DNA from: Cyanophora paradoxa CCMP329
Taxonomy: Eukaryota > Plantae > Glaucophyta
Assembly (NCBI GenBank): GCA_004431415.1
Contig: QPMI01000093.1
Coordinates: forward strand, 188,800-252,799
Direction: 5' to 3'
Length of the DNA: 64,000 nt
Shown: one piece after another, positions 1-17,300 of the stretch
How the letters are laid out: every line of letters starts with the position of its first letter
Numbering within the stretch: the stretch's first letter is position 1
Notes under the pieces: model-generated
Told to the model about the DNA's origin: nothing
What the model saw: the letters and a program-made list of their open reading frames with translations, nothing else
The model's database searches: none
Position numbers and translations under genes: made by a program

Positions 1-3000
1 TCGGTGCACCCGACGGGCCAGTGGCTCGCCTCGGGCGGCGACGACGGGAGCGTCCGCGTGTGGGAGGTCGCCACCGGCCGCTGCCACCGGGTCTTCTCGC
101 TGGGGGGCGTCGTCCAGGCGCGCCGTACCCCCCCTTTCTGTCCGCCCGTACCCCCCAAGCCTTTAACTTTTGATTCGCCGCAGTGCGTCGCGTGGAATCC
201 GAACGCGGCCCTTTGCCTCCTCTCCGCGGCCGTGTACGCTGCCCGTTCGCCTGCCCGTTTGCCGGGGCTAAATATAGCTGGCGGGCGCGCAGGGACAACC
301 GCCTGCTGCTGCTGTACCCCGGCGTGGCGGGCGAGGACCAGCGGCGGGCGACGCGGGCGGTGCTGCGGAGGGGCAGGGCGGCGCGGAGGCCATCGCCCGT
401 CTCCGAGGGCGGCAAGGCGCTCACCAAGTGGGAGCTGAGCGCCGCCGGCGAGGCGGCGGCGGCGAGGCCGGCCGGCGCGGCGGCGGCGGCGGAGGAGGGG
501 AAGGAAGAGGAGGAGGAGGAGGGGGGGGGCGGAGGCGCCGGCGGGGAGCGCGGACATCGCGGAGGGGGTACTCCTCACTCTGACGCACGAGAAGACCGTG
601 AAGCAGGTGGGGCTCAGATCTGATCTGACCCGATCGGATCGGATCAGATTAGATATGATCTGAGCCGACTGCGTCCCCCCCCCCTCAGATCACGTGGCAC
701 GCGCGGGGCGACTACTTCGCGGCCGTCTGCCCCGAGGGTCCGCCCCCCCCCCCCCCCCCCCCCCCCCTCTTCCTTCCTCCCCGCATCCATTTCAACCTAG
801 CAAGCGAACTAGCTATAGTGAGAGAAGAGCTTACGCCGCCCCCTAGTCCCCCTAGTCCATCGCCGGCTAGCTAGCTCACGGCGCGCCTCCGGCCCCCGCG
901 CGCGCGCGCGCAGCGAACACGCGGGGCGTGGTGATGCACCAGCTCTCCCGCTTCGCGAGCCAGGCCCCCTTCAAGAAGGGCTCCCTCAAGGTGCGAGCGA
1001 ACGAAGTCTGCCACGAAGCCCTATACACATACACACATTTCGGCCCCTTCGTATATATACATTTCGGCCCCTCCGGTTCCTTGTAGCTCGATGCTGGCGT
1101 CTATGACCCCTTCCCTCGTTAGTTACTAGCGCGCCACGAAGCCCTCGCTCGCCTCCTTAAGCTTCTTCAGAGTTATATCAGCTAGCCCAGTCCCCTGTCA
1201 TAGCGGAAGGGCTCCCTCGAGGCCCCGCGCCCTTGTAGCTATGACAGCTAGCGTCTATACCCCCCGCCCTCCCCCCCTCCCCCTTCTCTTCTCGAGAGCC
1301 GCGCCTGACGCGGCGCCGGGGCGGGCGGGCGTGCGCGTCGCGCAGGTGCAGAAGGTCAAGTTCCACCCCACGAAGCCCGTCTTCTTCGTCGCCTCCATGC
1401 ACTGTGCGAACGAAGCGCCCCCCCCCCCCCCCCGCCCTCCTCCCCCGCCCCGGCCTCCCGCCCTTAAAACACGCACTGTGCGCCCCCTCCCCCGCCCCGG
1501 CCTCCCGCCCTTAAAACACGCACTGTGCGCCCCCTCCCCTGCCCCGGCCTCCGGCCCTTAAAACACGCACTGTGCGCCCCCTCCCTGCCCGGCCTCCCGC
1601 CCTTAAAACACGCACTGTGCGCCCCTCCCCCGCCCCGGCCTCCGGCCCTTAAAACACGCACTGTGCGCCCCTCCCCTGCCCCGGCCTCCCGCCCTTAAAA
1701 CACGCACTGTGCGCCCCTCCCTGCCCCGGCCTCCCGCCCTTAAAACACGCACTGTGCGCCCCCTCCCCCGCCCGGCCTCCGGCCCTTAAAACACGCACTG
1801 TGCGCCCCTCCCCCGCCCCGGACTCCCGCCCTTAAAAACACGCACTGTGCGCCCCCTCCCTCCCCCGCCCTCCCCCGCCCTCCCCCGCATCCAGTGCCTC
1901 CCTCCTGCCTCCCAAGGATGACCCTTTAGCGCCCCTTCCCTCCCGCCCCTAAGCGCCCCTAAGCCCGTCTCCTTCGTCGCCTCCCCCCGGCCTCCCCCCC
2001 TCCCTCCCTCCCCTGGCCTCCTGCCGCCGCCCCCTCTGACCGACCGCCGCCCGCCCGCCCCGCCCCGCTTCGTCCGCAGATGTCCGGGTGTACAACCTGG
2101 CGAAGCAGGAACTCACCAAGAAGCTCCAGGCTCGCCCTCGATCATCCTAAGATAGATCTAAGATATATCTAAAGATAAAGATCTAGAGCCCGCCCGCTCG
2201 ATCGTTCTTCCCGACGCGATCGATCGATCGCGCCGCTCCGCTCCGCTCCGTTCCTGCCGCTTCGCTTACGCGCCATGGCTTCTGCCGCCGCCGCCGCCGC
2301 CGCCGCCCGCAGACCGGCGTCAAGTGGGTATCCTCGCTGGACGTCCACCCGACCGGTCCGCCCCTTCCCCCCGCCCCCCCCCGCCCCGCTGGGTACAGGG
2401 AAGAGCTCAGGCGTGCTCAGGTGACCACGTGGTCGTGGGTTCGTACGACAAGCGGCTCTGCTGGTTCGACCTCGACCTCAGCACGCGCCCCTACAAGACC
2501 CTCCGGTGCTTGGCTTGTTTGTAGACCGCTTTAGTTGGCTCTGTTCGAACCGCGGCCCAGGTACCACGCGGCGGCGATCCGGCAGGTTTCCTACTCGCCG
2601 GGGTACCCCCTCTTTGCCTCCTGCTCCGACGACGGCACAGTCCAGGCACGTATCCCTCCCAGCTCTCTTTACCCCCCACTCCCCCCTATTCTGACTCCCG
2701 TGCAGGTCTTCCACGGAATGGTGTACGCCGATCTGCTGCAGGTCAGCATTATAATTTCCCGTACCCACGCTCCGCGCGGATCTCACTGGTACCCCCCCCC
2801 CCCCCCGCAGAACCCGCTCATCGTACCCGTCAAGATCCTGAAGGCCCACACCCCAGTGGACCACCTCGGCGCGCCCAGCGCTCATTCGCCGCGTACCCTT
2901 CTTTCCCGTGTCTGATTTTTCGCCGCAGGGGTTCTGGACACTGTGTTCCACCCGACGCAGCCCTGGGTCTTCAGCTGTGGGGCGGACAAGTGCGGCCCCC

Positions 3001-3098
3001 TCCCCCTCCTTTCCCCCTGCCGCCCCTTTCGCCTGATCGCGGTGCGCCCCTCGCGATCGATCGATCGCAGGATCATTCGGCTGTTCGCGAACCACTAG
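1..3098 (+). CDS. BOP1: Ribosome biogenesis WD40 protein BOP1/Erb1, 3' portion, multi-exon
   Basis: Spliced exons give [131 protein letters not shown] and FHPTQPWVFSCGAD; stop TAG at 3096-3098. The 5' end lies outside the window. Confidence 0.95.
1441..1860. repeat. Intronic tandem minisatellite, ~46-bp unit, about 9 copies
   Basis: The unit ccccgccccggcctcc(c/g)gcccttaaaacacgcactgtgcgcccct recurs head-to-tail inside a BOP1 intron. Confidence 0.95.
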
Positions 3099-3703
3099 AC
3101 GCGCGCTCGAGCGGGCGCTAGCATCTCAAGCGTAGATGGTTGCGAGCACCTTGTCTTAATTTAAAACATGAGAGGAAATGCTGGGCCGTCCTCCTGGGCC
3201 TGGCTCCGGATTGGCCAGTTGCATGCTTCACGAATCACGATCGCGGTCATGATCATATGATGATGGCCCAGTGGCTCAGCGGCTCATGTTAATGGTCATG
3301 GCTCATGTTCATGGCTCATGGACTGGCTACTAGGCTAGCATCTAGGCTACGTATATACTAGGCATGGTGACATCATAATCATGGCATGTGCATGGTGCGG
3401 CGCCGGCCAGCTCGAAGCGAGGTACTAGAGCCTCGGAGAGATGCACTGCGGCAGTCGCGCTGAGCAACTTGCACAGATTTAGACTCTGAGATCTAGATAA
3501 CCGGATCTCAGAGTCTGTCCCTTGCAGTGGGATCATCGGATCTTTGTCCTCGGCGGAGATCGAACTCGGCATGGCGTGGTCTAGAAAGCAAGCTACGTAT
3601 ACGTTTACGCGTCTAGAGAGCAGGCGCTTATAGATCTCAGGAACTCGAATGCTCTCCGAGGCTCCAGGAATGCAGATTCGAACGACAGAGCCGCGCCGGG
3701 GGG

Positions 3704-5336
3704 CTACGCGAACATGGAGGCCAGGTACTCGTCGCACTCCTCCTCCGCCGTCCGCTCCTCCGCCGCCCGCCGCGGGCCCCGCCACACCTCCGCAGCCGCC
3801 TTCCCCTCCTCCCCTTCGGGCGCGGCAGCCGCCTTCTCCTCCCCGGCCGCGGCCGCGGCCCCGGCCGCCTGCTGCGGGGGCGGCGGGGGCATCGCCGCCG
3901 CTGCCTCCTTCTCCTCCTTCTCCTTCTTCCCCCCCTTCTTCCGCCGCCCCTCGCCCTCGCCGCCGCTCTCGCCGCTCTCGCTCCCGCTGCTGCTGCCGCC
4001 TCCGCCGCCGGCCGCCTCCCGCCGCGCACGCTTCGCTTTTCGCCTCTGCCGCCGCTCCTCCTTCTCCGCCTTCTTCGCCGCCCTCTTCTCTTCCTTGGCC
4101 ATCTCCGCCAGCTTCCTGCGACCAGAGCAAAGGAGCGCCAGTAAGCGGCCCGCGAGCCCAGTAGACCACCGGGCCCGGCCCCGCTCGCCTGTAGTTGAGC
4201 TTGAAAGCGCACTCCGGGCAGAGCCGCAGCTTCACCAGGGCGTTCTTCCGCTCGTTCGCCTCCACGTACGCGAAGTTCACCTGAGCGGGCGCCCCGCAGG
4301 ATCACTCACCTGAGCCGGCGACGGCGCGCGGTGGGTGGCCCCCAGCGCACCTCGAAGCTCCGCAGCTGCTCACGCCCGTCGCAGCGCTTGTTCCCGCATA
4401 CGAACTGGCCTGCGGGCGGGCCGGGGCGCGTCGGCCGGGCGGAGCGGGGGCGGGGGCGGGTACAGGCGGGCCGGACAGCGGGCGCACCCTTGCCAGCGAA
4501 GACCTCTTTCTCCGTGCGCCAGCGGAGGCCGACCTGCCGCGAACGGGCTTGTGTTTCCGCGCGGGCGAAGCGCCCTGCGCGGCGCGCGGCGCCGCGCACC
4601 TGCCCCGCCTTGTAGTTGCTCAGGTCCGCGAGCGCGAACTCCTTGAAGAGCCGGTCGTAGCTGCGCGGCGCCGCGGCGCGGCGCGTCAGGCGTGCGTGCG
4701 TGCGCGAACGATTTGATATTCGAGCTCACTATCGCCTTGCGAGCCGCTTTTCCCAGGAAGCGTCGGCGGCGTCCTCATCGTCGTCGCGGATAAACCTGCA
4801 GGCAATTCGTTCGTTCGTGAGAGGGCGCTGGCGAGCGGGCGCGGTTCCGCCCGCGCCGCCGCACCTGTGCTCGCGCTGGAGGATGTCCAGATCCGTGCAG
4901 CGGGCCTGCACGTCGGCCTTCGGGACGCTGTTCCCGTAGAACTGCGCGAGCCACGCGTCAGAGACCGCCGCACAAGGCGCCGAGAGCAACACACCAGAAC
5001 GAAGTCGTTCATGAGCTTCACATGGCGCTGGTAGGCCGTGAGGCCCGACCACTGCCCGCCGAAGGGGCCGGCTGCCTTCTGGCGCTCCTCCGCGCCGAGG
5101 CTGGGCAGGTCGGAAGGGCGGGGCGGCCGCGGGGCGCCTCTACGCTGGTCATCTGACTGCGTCGGACGCCCGCACACGACCGCGTAGCTCGTTCCACCGC
5201 CTGAGCGCCTGTCGCCTGCGACGCTGCTGACATCCGACGCAGTCTGCGAGCCGGAGTGAGCGGAGCGCGTGCGGGAGCGCGGCGTGCGCACATCGCTGAG
5301 CACGCCCGACACCCGAGCGTGGCGCGCGAAGTCCAT
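3704..5336 (-). CDS. FRA10AC1: FRA10AC1 family protein (spliceosome-associated), multi-exon
   Basis: Exons give LTAYQRHVKLMNDF, DLDILQREHRFIRDD, SWEKRLARR, YDRLFKEFALADLSNYK, VGLRWRTEKEVFAGKGQFVCGNKRC, LRSFEVNFAYVEANERKNALVKLRLCPECAFKLNY, then a basic tail ending EEECDEYLASMFA. The start codon is approximate. Confidence 0.9.
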
Positions 5337-5953
5337 GTTGAGCCGGCGTCCTCAGCGCCGCGTCTTTCACATACGGAGCCGAGCGGAGCTGCTCTCCGGG
5401 CTCAGAAGTCAAGGCAGAAGTCGTTTAACACACGGATCCCGGAGCGTCGTGCTACTGGCTGCCGCTGGGCTGGCGCGGGGAAGTACGCGTACCCCCCACC
5501 CCCGAAATGCTCGGAAATGGCCATGCATATGGGGACTTGCAATGGCTTGCGATCGTACTTCATCTAATTATAAGTTCAGCGGGCCGGACTAGCGCCACGC
5601 TGTGACGTCGACATGCAGGCCGGGCGCTTACGCCGCCCGCCACAGCATCTTTCTTTGTCTGCGGGGGCTGCTGCGCGGGCGCCCGCTAGTGAAGTTTCAA
5701 CGACGAAGATCGACCCTGCAGCTGGCCCGGCGGCCCACAGGCTGCCCGGGCGCCCAGCGCGCGATCGCATCGCATCGCAGTTAAATTACGACACCGGCTA
5801 TAACAGTGCGCCGAGGCTTGAAACTACGGAGCGGAGGGGACGGGGAGGGGGGGGGGGCCGAGGGGTGGCGGGGAAGCAGAAGGCCGGGGGGCCCGGGGGG
5901 GGCTGGCGGCCCCGGGGCGGGGCCGAACGGGCGGCACGGGCGTAAGGGGGCGC

Positions 5954-11041
<5,088 letters not shown>

Positions 11042-11337
11042 TTTTGTTGCGGATGCTGTCTATGAGACGCGCAGCGCCTAGAGACGGCTCCCCGAACCCG
11101 AGGCCACAAGGAACTTTCGCGGTGTTTCTTACGAACTGTACCCGAACAGCTCGGACACATCGTACCCCCTCCCAGACACACAACAATCCGCGAATGGAGG
11201 GGCGCACGCCGCACGCGGCGGCGTTCGCGACCTCCAGCCCGCCTTTGCGGCTCGTGTCCGGCGTCGCGGGCCACGCGTGGGCGGCCGCAAGCCATGCCCT
11301 CGCTGTGCGCGCCGCCCCGACCCAGCGGCTGCACGCA
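11042..11337. promoter_or_regulatory. Short head-to-head (bidirectional) promoter region between Hsp110 and the SbcD-SbcC fusion gene
   Basis: The divergent start codons (11041 on -, 11338 on +) are only ~300 bp apart. Confidence 0.55.
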
Positions 11338-14300
11338 ATGGCGCCTCCCGAGGTCCTTCTACCACGTACGCTGCAGCGGAGCGCCCCGGGCCACAGCAGG
11401 GCGGTCCTGCCGCCGTCGCCGTTCCTGCGGGGCCTGCCACTCTCGCGGTTCTCGATGGCGCGCTCGAGCCCGAGGGGCCCGTTCGAGCCGCTTCACGGAG
11501 AGCGATCGGGCGCGAGATGCGTGTCCGGCGCGGCGGCCCTGAGGGAGGCTGACGACGATCCCGGGAGCGGCGCTGGCACCGCGAAGAAGCGCGTCGGGCG
11601 CCCCCGCAAGGCGGCCGCCGGTGCGTGCGACGCCTCGAACGGCCGCCGAGCAGCGCGCTGAGCGGTCTCTCCCGCAGCGGCCGCCCCGAGCGACGGCGAC
11701 GCGGCGCCGGCGCAGCCTCCCGCGAAGCCGCGGAGGACGCGCAGGGCGGCCCCCGAGGCGCCGGCGGAGGAGGCGCCGGCATCCTCTCCGGCTTCGGCTC
11801 CGGCGGCTGCGGTGGAGGTGCCGCAGGTGCACGAGGAGGCGGAGCGCGCGGCGGACCGGGCGCGCCAGTGGGTCGTCTTCTCCGACCTCCACGTCTCCCG
11901 CCGCACGCTGCCCACCTGCCTCGAGGCGCGCCCGGCCAAGAACCAACCGCTCAGCTGAGCGCGCTCAGGTGAGTCTGAGCCGGGGCCGCAGGTGCTCGAG
12001 CGGGTGGCGGAGGAGGCGCGGCGGCGCGAGGCCGGCGTTCTGTTCCTCGGCGACTGGTGGCACGCCCGCGGGGCCCTCCCCGTCGACCTTCTGAACGCCG
12101 TCATACGCGCCCTCTCCTCCTGGGAGGCCCGTACCCCCCCCCTCCCCCGCCCGCCCTCTCACCTGACCTGACCTGACCTGAGCGGCCCTGCCCCCGCAGG
12201 CGCCGCTGGTCATGATACCCGGGAACCACGACCAGGTGCCGCACCCCCGGCCCGCCCCGCCGCCCTCGAGCGAGCAGCCCTCACGGGGGTACAGGTGAAC
12301 ATAGGGGGGGAGGAGCACGCTCTGACGCCCATCGCCGCCGTCCACCGCTCCGTGCGCCCGACCCGGCCCGGCCCGCCGAGCTCAGGTGAACTTGATCTGA
12401 AGTCTGAGGCTCGGGTTCTCTCAGGCGATCCTCTTCTCGCGGCCGGCGGCGTGGCGGGGCGCACTCTTCGTACCCTACCGGAGAGACGAGGCCGCCGTCC
12501 GCGAGGCCGTCGGGGGGTACGCCGCCGTCGCGGGCGGGGGTACACCCGCCGCCGTCTTCTGCCACGTCGACATCGTCGGCGCCGCCATGAACGATGCCGT
12601 CCAGGTACCCCCTTTTCGCGTACTCACTGTACCCTCCGCCCCGAATCCGTACTCCCGCAGGCCGCGTACGGGCTCCCTTCGGACATGTTCCCTCCCGGGG
12701 TACCGGTCTACACGGGCCACTACCACAAGCCGCACGTCGTTCCGGGTACACAGATCCGCTACGTCGGCTCGCCCTACCAGGCAGGCCCCGTACCCCGAAA
12801 CCCCCCCCCCTCCGACCCTGATTCTTGCTCCCCCCCCTCCCCCCCCCCCCCCCTTCCCCCCTCCCCGCAGGTATCCTGGAGCGAGGCGGGGCAGGAGAAG
12901 GCCCTCCTGATCCTCGACCGCGACTGGAAGGTGCCTACCCCCCCTCCCGCCCCTTTCGTGTACCCCTCCCACCCTCTTCTCGCAGGAGGCGGACGAGGTG
13001 CCGCTGCGGGTCGGGCCGCGGCACTTCCCCGCCTCGGGGCTGGCGGCCCTGCCGGCCCCTGGCGCCCTCCGCCCCGGGGACCGTGTCCGCCTCCGCGCCT
13101 CGGCCCGCCCCTTCTTCTTTCCTCCTTTCTTCTTTCTTCCTTCTTCTCCCTTATGCTTTGGGCAGGCGGAGGAGCTGGCGGCTCCGGAGGCGCGGGCGGC
13201 GCTGGCGGCGCTGCGCGCGTCGGGCGCCGAGGTGCAGGAGGAGGAGGCCGTGGCGCCCCGTACCCCCGCCCGCATCGCCAACGCCGACTCCCTCGGCCCC
13301 CTCTCGTGCGCGCTCTCCCTGCCCCCGTGCCCCCGTTCCGCCCGGCCCGGGGTACAGGGTCCGATCGCCCGGGGTACAGCGTCTTCGAGGAGTTCGCGAG
13401 GCAGAGGGGCCTCTCCGCGGCCGCGCTCCGCATCGGGCGCGAGATTCTCACCTCCCTCCCCGCCGTGCGCCCCCGTACCCCCGCGCTTCACCCCCCCCCC
13501 CCACCCCGCCCCGCCTCCCAAACCAAAACCATTCGATCCACCCCCCCCATCCCGCAGACGGCGGACAAGGGTGGCGCGACGTCCGGGGGGGTAACGGAGG
13601 TTTCGTTCGAGGAGGTCGAGCTGGAGGGGTACGGCCCCTTCGTGGATCGCGTCGTGTACCCCCTCTCGAGGCGCGGCGTGGTCCTCATCACCGGCTCCAA
13701 CGCCGACGATGAGTCCTGGTACCCCCCTCTCCCCGCCCTTGCCCGTACCCCCCGCCCCTGAAACGCCCCGCCAGCGATTCGAACGGGTCGGGCAAGTCGA
13801 CGCTGCTGATGGCGCCGCTGTGGGCGCTGCGGGGGGAGGCGGACCCCCGCCCGGAGGGCTCCTCCTACAAGGGCCTGAGGAAGGAGATGGTGTCGGACTG
13901 CCCGGGGGCCCCCGGGCGGGCCCGGGTGCGGGTCTCGGCGATGGTGAACGGACGGCCGCTGGTCGTGGAGCGGGTGATGGGGAGCTGCCGGCCCCCGCAC
14001 CAGCTCCGCGTCTCCTACGGCGGCGAGGACCTCACCTGCCAGGGTCCGCCCCGCGCCCCGTTCCTCGGACGGCTCAGATAGAAACCTCAGCGACGGCGCC
14101 TCTTAGAGAGAGCGCCCCGGGACGCCCCGCCCGGGGGGCCTATCTTAACGGCGCTGGGGCGGGGGCTCTTAGAGCTCTCGAGCTCTTAGAAAGAGTGCCA
14201 TGGGGCTTAGCGTAGACCGAAGCCGCCCGAAGGAGGGCGCGGCTCAGAGCTGACGGCGCTGGGGCGGGGGCAGAGGGGCCTAGACCTCGGACGGCGCCTC

Positions 14301-17300
14301 TTAGAGAAAGCGCCACCGCGCCTTCTAAACTGAGGTCTAAACTGAGGTCTAAGCCTAAGCCCGAGTGGCTTGGCTTAGACCTCAGCTTAGAGGGCGCGGC
14401 TCGTCTGACGGCGCTGGCGCCTCTTAGAGAGAGCGCCCCGGGGCGCCCCCGCGCGGCTCAGAGCTGACGGCGCTGGCGCCCGGGCAGAGGTGGCGGCGAC
14501 GCAGGAGCGGCTGGACGCGCTCCTCGACACGCGCCTCCTCACCCGCACCGTCTTCCACGGCCAGGCCCGCCCCCGGCCCCGCCCCGCCCCGGCTTCTTAG
14601 CTAGCAACCGGCGCTGGCTAGCGCTTTATTATCGCCGGGGCCGATCCGGGGCCCCGCCCGCCCCGCCCCTTGCTTAGCTCCCGGGCCGCCCGCCTTCTGC
14701 CCCCGCCCCGCTCCGCCCGAAGAGAGATCTGGCCGCACCATCCCACCCGCCCACCGCTCCTTCTACCCGCCCGCCCACCCTTCCCCGCGCACGCCCCAGC
14801 GCCGCGCGGCGCTGCCCACTGCCCCCGTCCGAAGAGAGATCTGGCCGCACCGTCCCACCCGCCCACCTAGCCCGCCCTGCCGCCCCGGCTTCCTAGTACC
14901 CCTAGCTAGCTCGTACCGGCGCTGGCCCATCGCGATGCGCCGGGCGGCGCTCACGGTCGGGCGGGGGCGTGCGGGGGCGGGCAGCACGCGGCGGCGGCGG
15001 GGCTCCTCGAGGCCTCCGACGCCGCCCTCAAGGACGAGCTCTCCAAGGTACGCTTAAATCTACAGCTTAAACAGCTTAAATCTACTTAGCTCTAGCTCTA
15101 GCTTCTTCAATCTTATTCTCTCCAAGGTACGAGCTCTTAAGGACGAGCTCTCCAAGGCACGCCCCCCGCTTTACTCTTGAATGCAGACGGAATAGCTCCT
15201 TCAATGCGGAATAATTGTATCTGTCTATCTTAAACAGCTTAAACAGCTTAAACAGCTTAAATTTACTCCTGAGCTAGCTTCTTCTTCGATTTCAGCTCTA
15301 GCTTTTTCAATTTTATTCTTGCTTTCGTGCCTTCTGTTTGAGAGCCCTTTGGGCGCAGGTGGTTGACATGGCGGTGTGGACGGAGGGGGCGGAGGCGGCG
15401 GGGGCGCGCCTGAAGGCGGCCCGGGAGGACGTCCGGCGGCTCGAGGGCGAGGCCGCCGCGGGGCAGGCCCTCGCCCGCAGCGCCCTCGACGCGGTCCGCG
15501 ATGGCTGATTCCTTGAAAGATTCTCATTAGACTCTTAGTCTTACTGGCCGCCTTGGTCTCTTAGTCTCTTATATATCTTAAGATTCTCATATGCATCGGA
15601 CTCTGGGTCTTTTCTTCGTGGCCGCGCTGACGCGGCGTTTCGCAGCTCGCCGACTGGCGGGCCAAGAGCGAGCAGTGGATCGAGGCGCACAAGGCCGAGG
15701 CGAGCGAGCGGGCGCCCGTTCCTCCTCCTCGCCGCGGCCGCTGTCGGGCAGGGCTGAGCCGGCGCCGTGGCAGGTGGCGGGGGCGGAGGCGGCGGAGGAG
15801 GCGGCGCTGGGGTCCCTGCCCGAGGCGGCCCGCGCGGGCGGCGATCCCGAGGCGGCGGCGGCGGCCTGGATCGAGGGGCTCAAGGCCGGCTACGAGGCGG
15901 CGCTCGCCGCGGCGCGGGCGGCGGCGTTGCCGGAGGGCTTGGGCGGCGCGGCGCTGCGCGAGGCGGAGAAGCGGGCGGAGGCGGAGGCGGAGGCCGCGCG
16001 GGGCGGCTGGAGGGCTGGCGCGGCGCCGTCGAGAAGCTGCGGGAGCTCGAGGCGCGGCTGCAGAAGGCGGCGGCGGCGGCAGGGAGCTGGGAGGCCGGGC
16101 GCGAGCAGCGCGCCAGGGGGCTGGACGAGGCGGCGGGGCGCGCGCTCGAGCGGCTCGCGGCGGCGGCGGCTACTAAGCTTAAGGCGGGGGCCGAGGCGGC
16201 GCTGGCGGCGCTGGAGGCGCGCCTGGCGGACGCGGAGGCGGCGGCGGCGGCGTGCGCCGAGGCGGAGAAGGCGGCGCTGGCGGAGGAGGAGGCGCGGGCG
16301 GCGGCGGCGGAGGCGGCTTCGGCGGCGGCGCAGGCGGCGTCTGTGGAGGCCGCCACGCGGCACAAGGCGGGGGCGAAGGCGCTCAAAGCTGCGCGGGCGG
16401 GCGAGGCGGACGGGGCGACCTGTGAGCGGTGCCTGCAGCCGGTGGACCCGAAGACGCGGGCCGAGCACGTCGCGCACCTCGCCGAGGCGCGCGCGCCTTC
16501 GCTTCGACTTTCTAGCTGCGCTGACGGCCTCGGCAGGAAGTGAAGGGGCTGGAGAAAGCGGCGGAGAAGGCGAAGGCGGCGGCGGAGGCGGCGGCGGCGG
16601 CGCTGGCGGCCGCCCGGAAGGAGGCGCAGGGGGCTGCCGGGGAGCGGCGCAGGCGGCGGGAGGCGGCGGCGAAGGAGGCGGCGGAGGCGCGGGCGGCGCT
16701 GGAGGGCGGGCGCAAGGCCGCCGAGGAGGCGGCAGCGCTCCGAGCCCAGGCGGCAGCGGCGCGGGCCGAGCCCAACCCGCACGCCGCCGAGCGGGTCCGC
16801 CCACGCGCGCCCGTCCCAAGCGTCCTTTCTAATTTCGGGGCTCCATCTCACTTTGTTGCTTCGCTCTTCCCAGGAAGCGATCGCGGCGGAGGGCCCCCCG
16901 GCCGAGCGCCTGGCCGCGGGGGAGCCGGAGCCGGTTTCCGGCGCGCGCCTGGGGCCGGCAGACCGCCTGAAAGAGGCGAAGCTGGCCTCGGAGCGGGCGG
17001 AGCGGGAGGCGAAGGAGGCGGAGGGCAGGCTGGCCGAGGCGCGCAAGGCCGTGCGGGAGGCGGGCAAGGGCCACCTGGAGGAGCTGCGGGCCCTCCAGGA
17101 GGCGGCGGAGCGCGCGGGGCGGCGCCTCCACGAGGGGCGCGAGGCGGCGGCGGGCGCCGCCGCCGCGCGCCGGCGGGCGGCGGAGGTGAAGGGCCGCGCG
17201 AACGTGTACGCGGCGGAGGCGGCGCGGGGCGAGAGGGCGGCGCGCGAGGCGGAGCGGAAGCTGGCGGCGGCGGAGGCCTCGCTCCAGACGGCCGCGGCGG

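Noticed and set aside
1441-1860. Regular repeats as a CRISPR array
   Set aside because: The units are head-to-tail with no unique spacers, lie inside a eukaryotic intron, and there are no cas genes.
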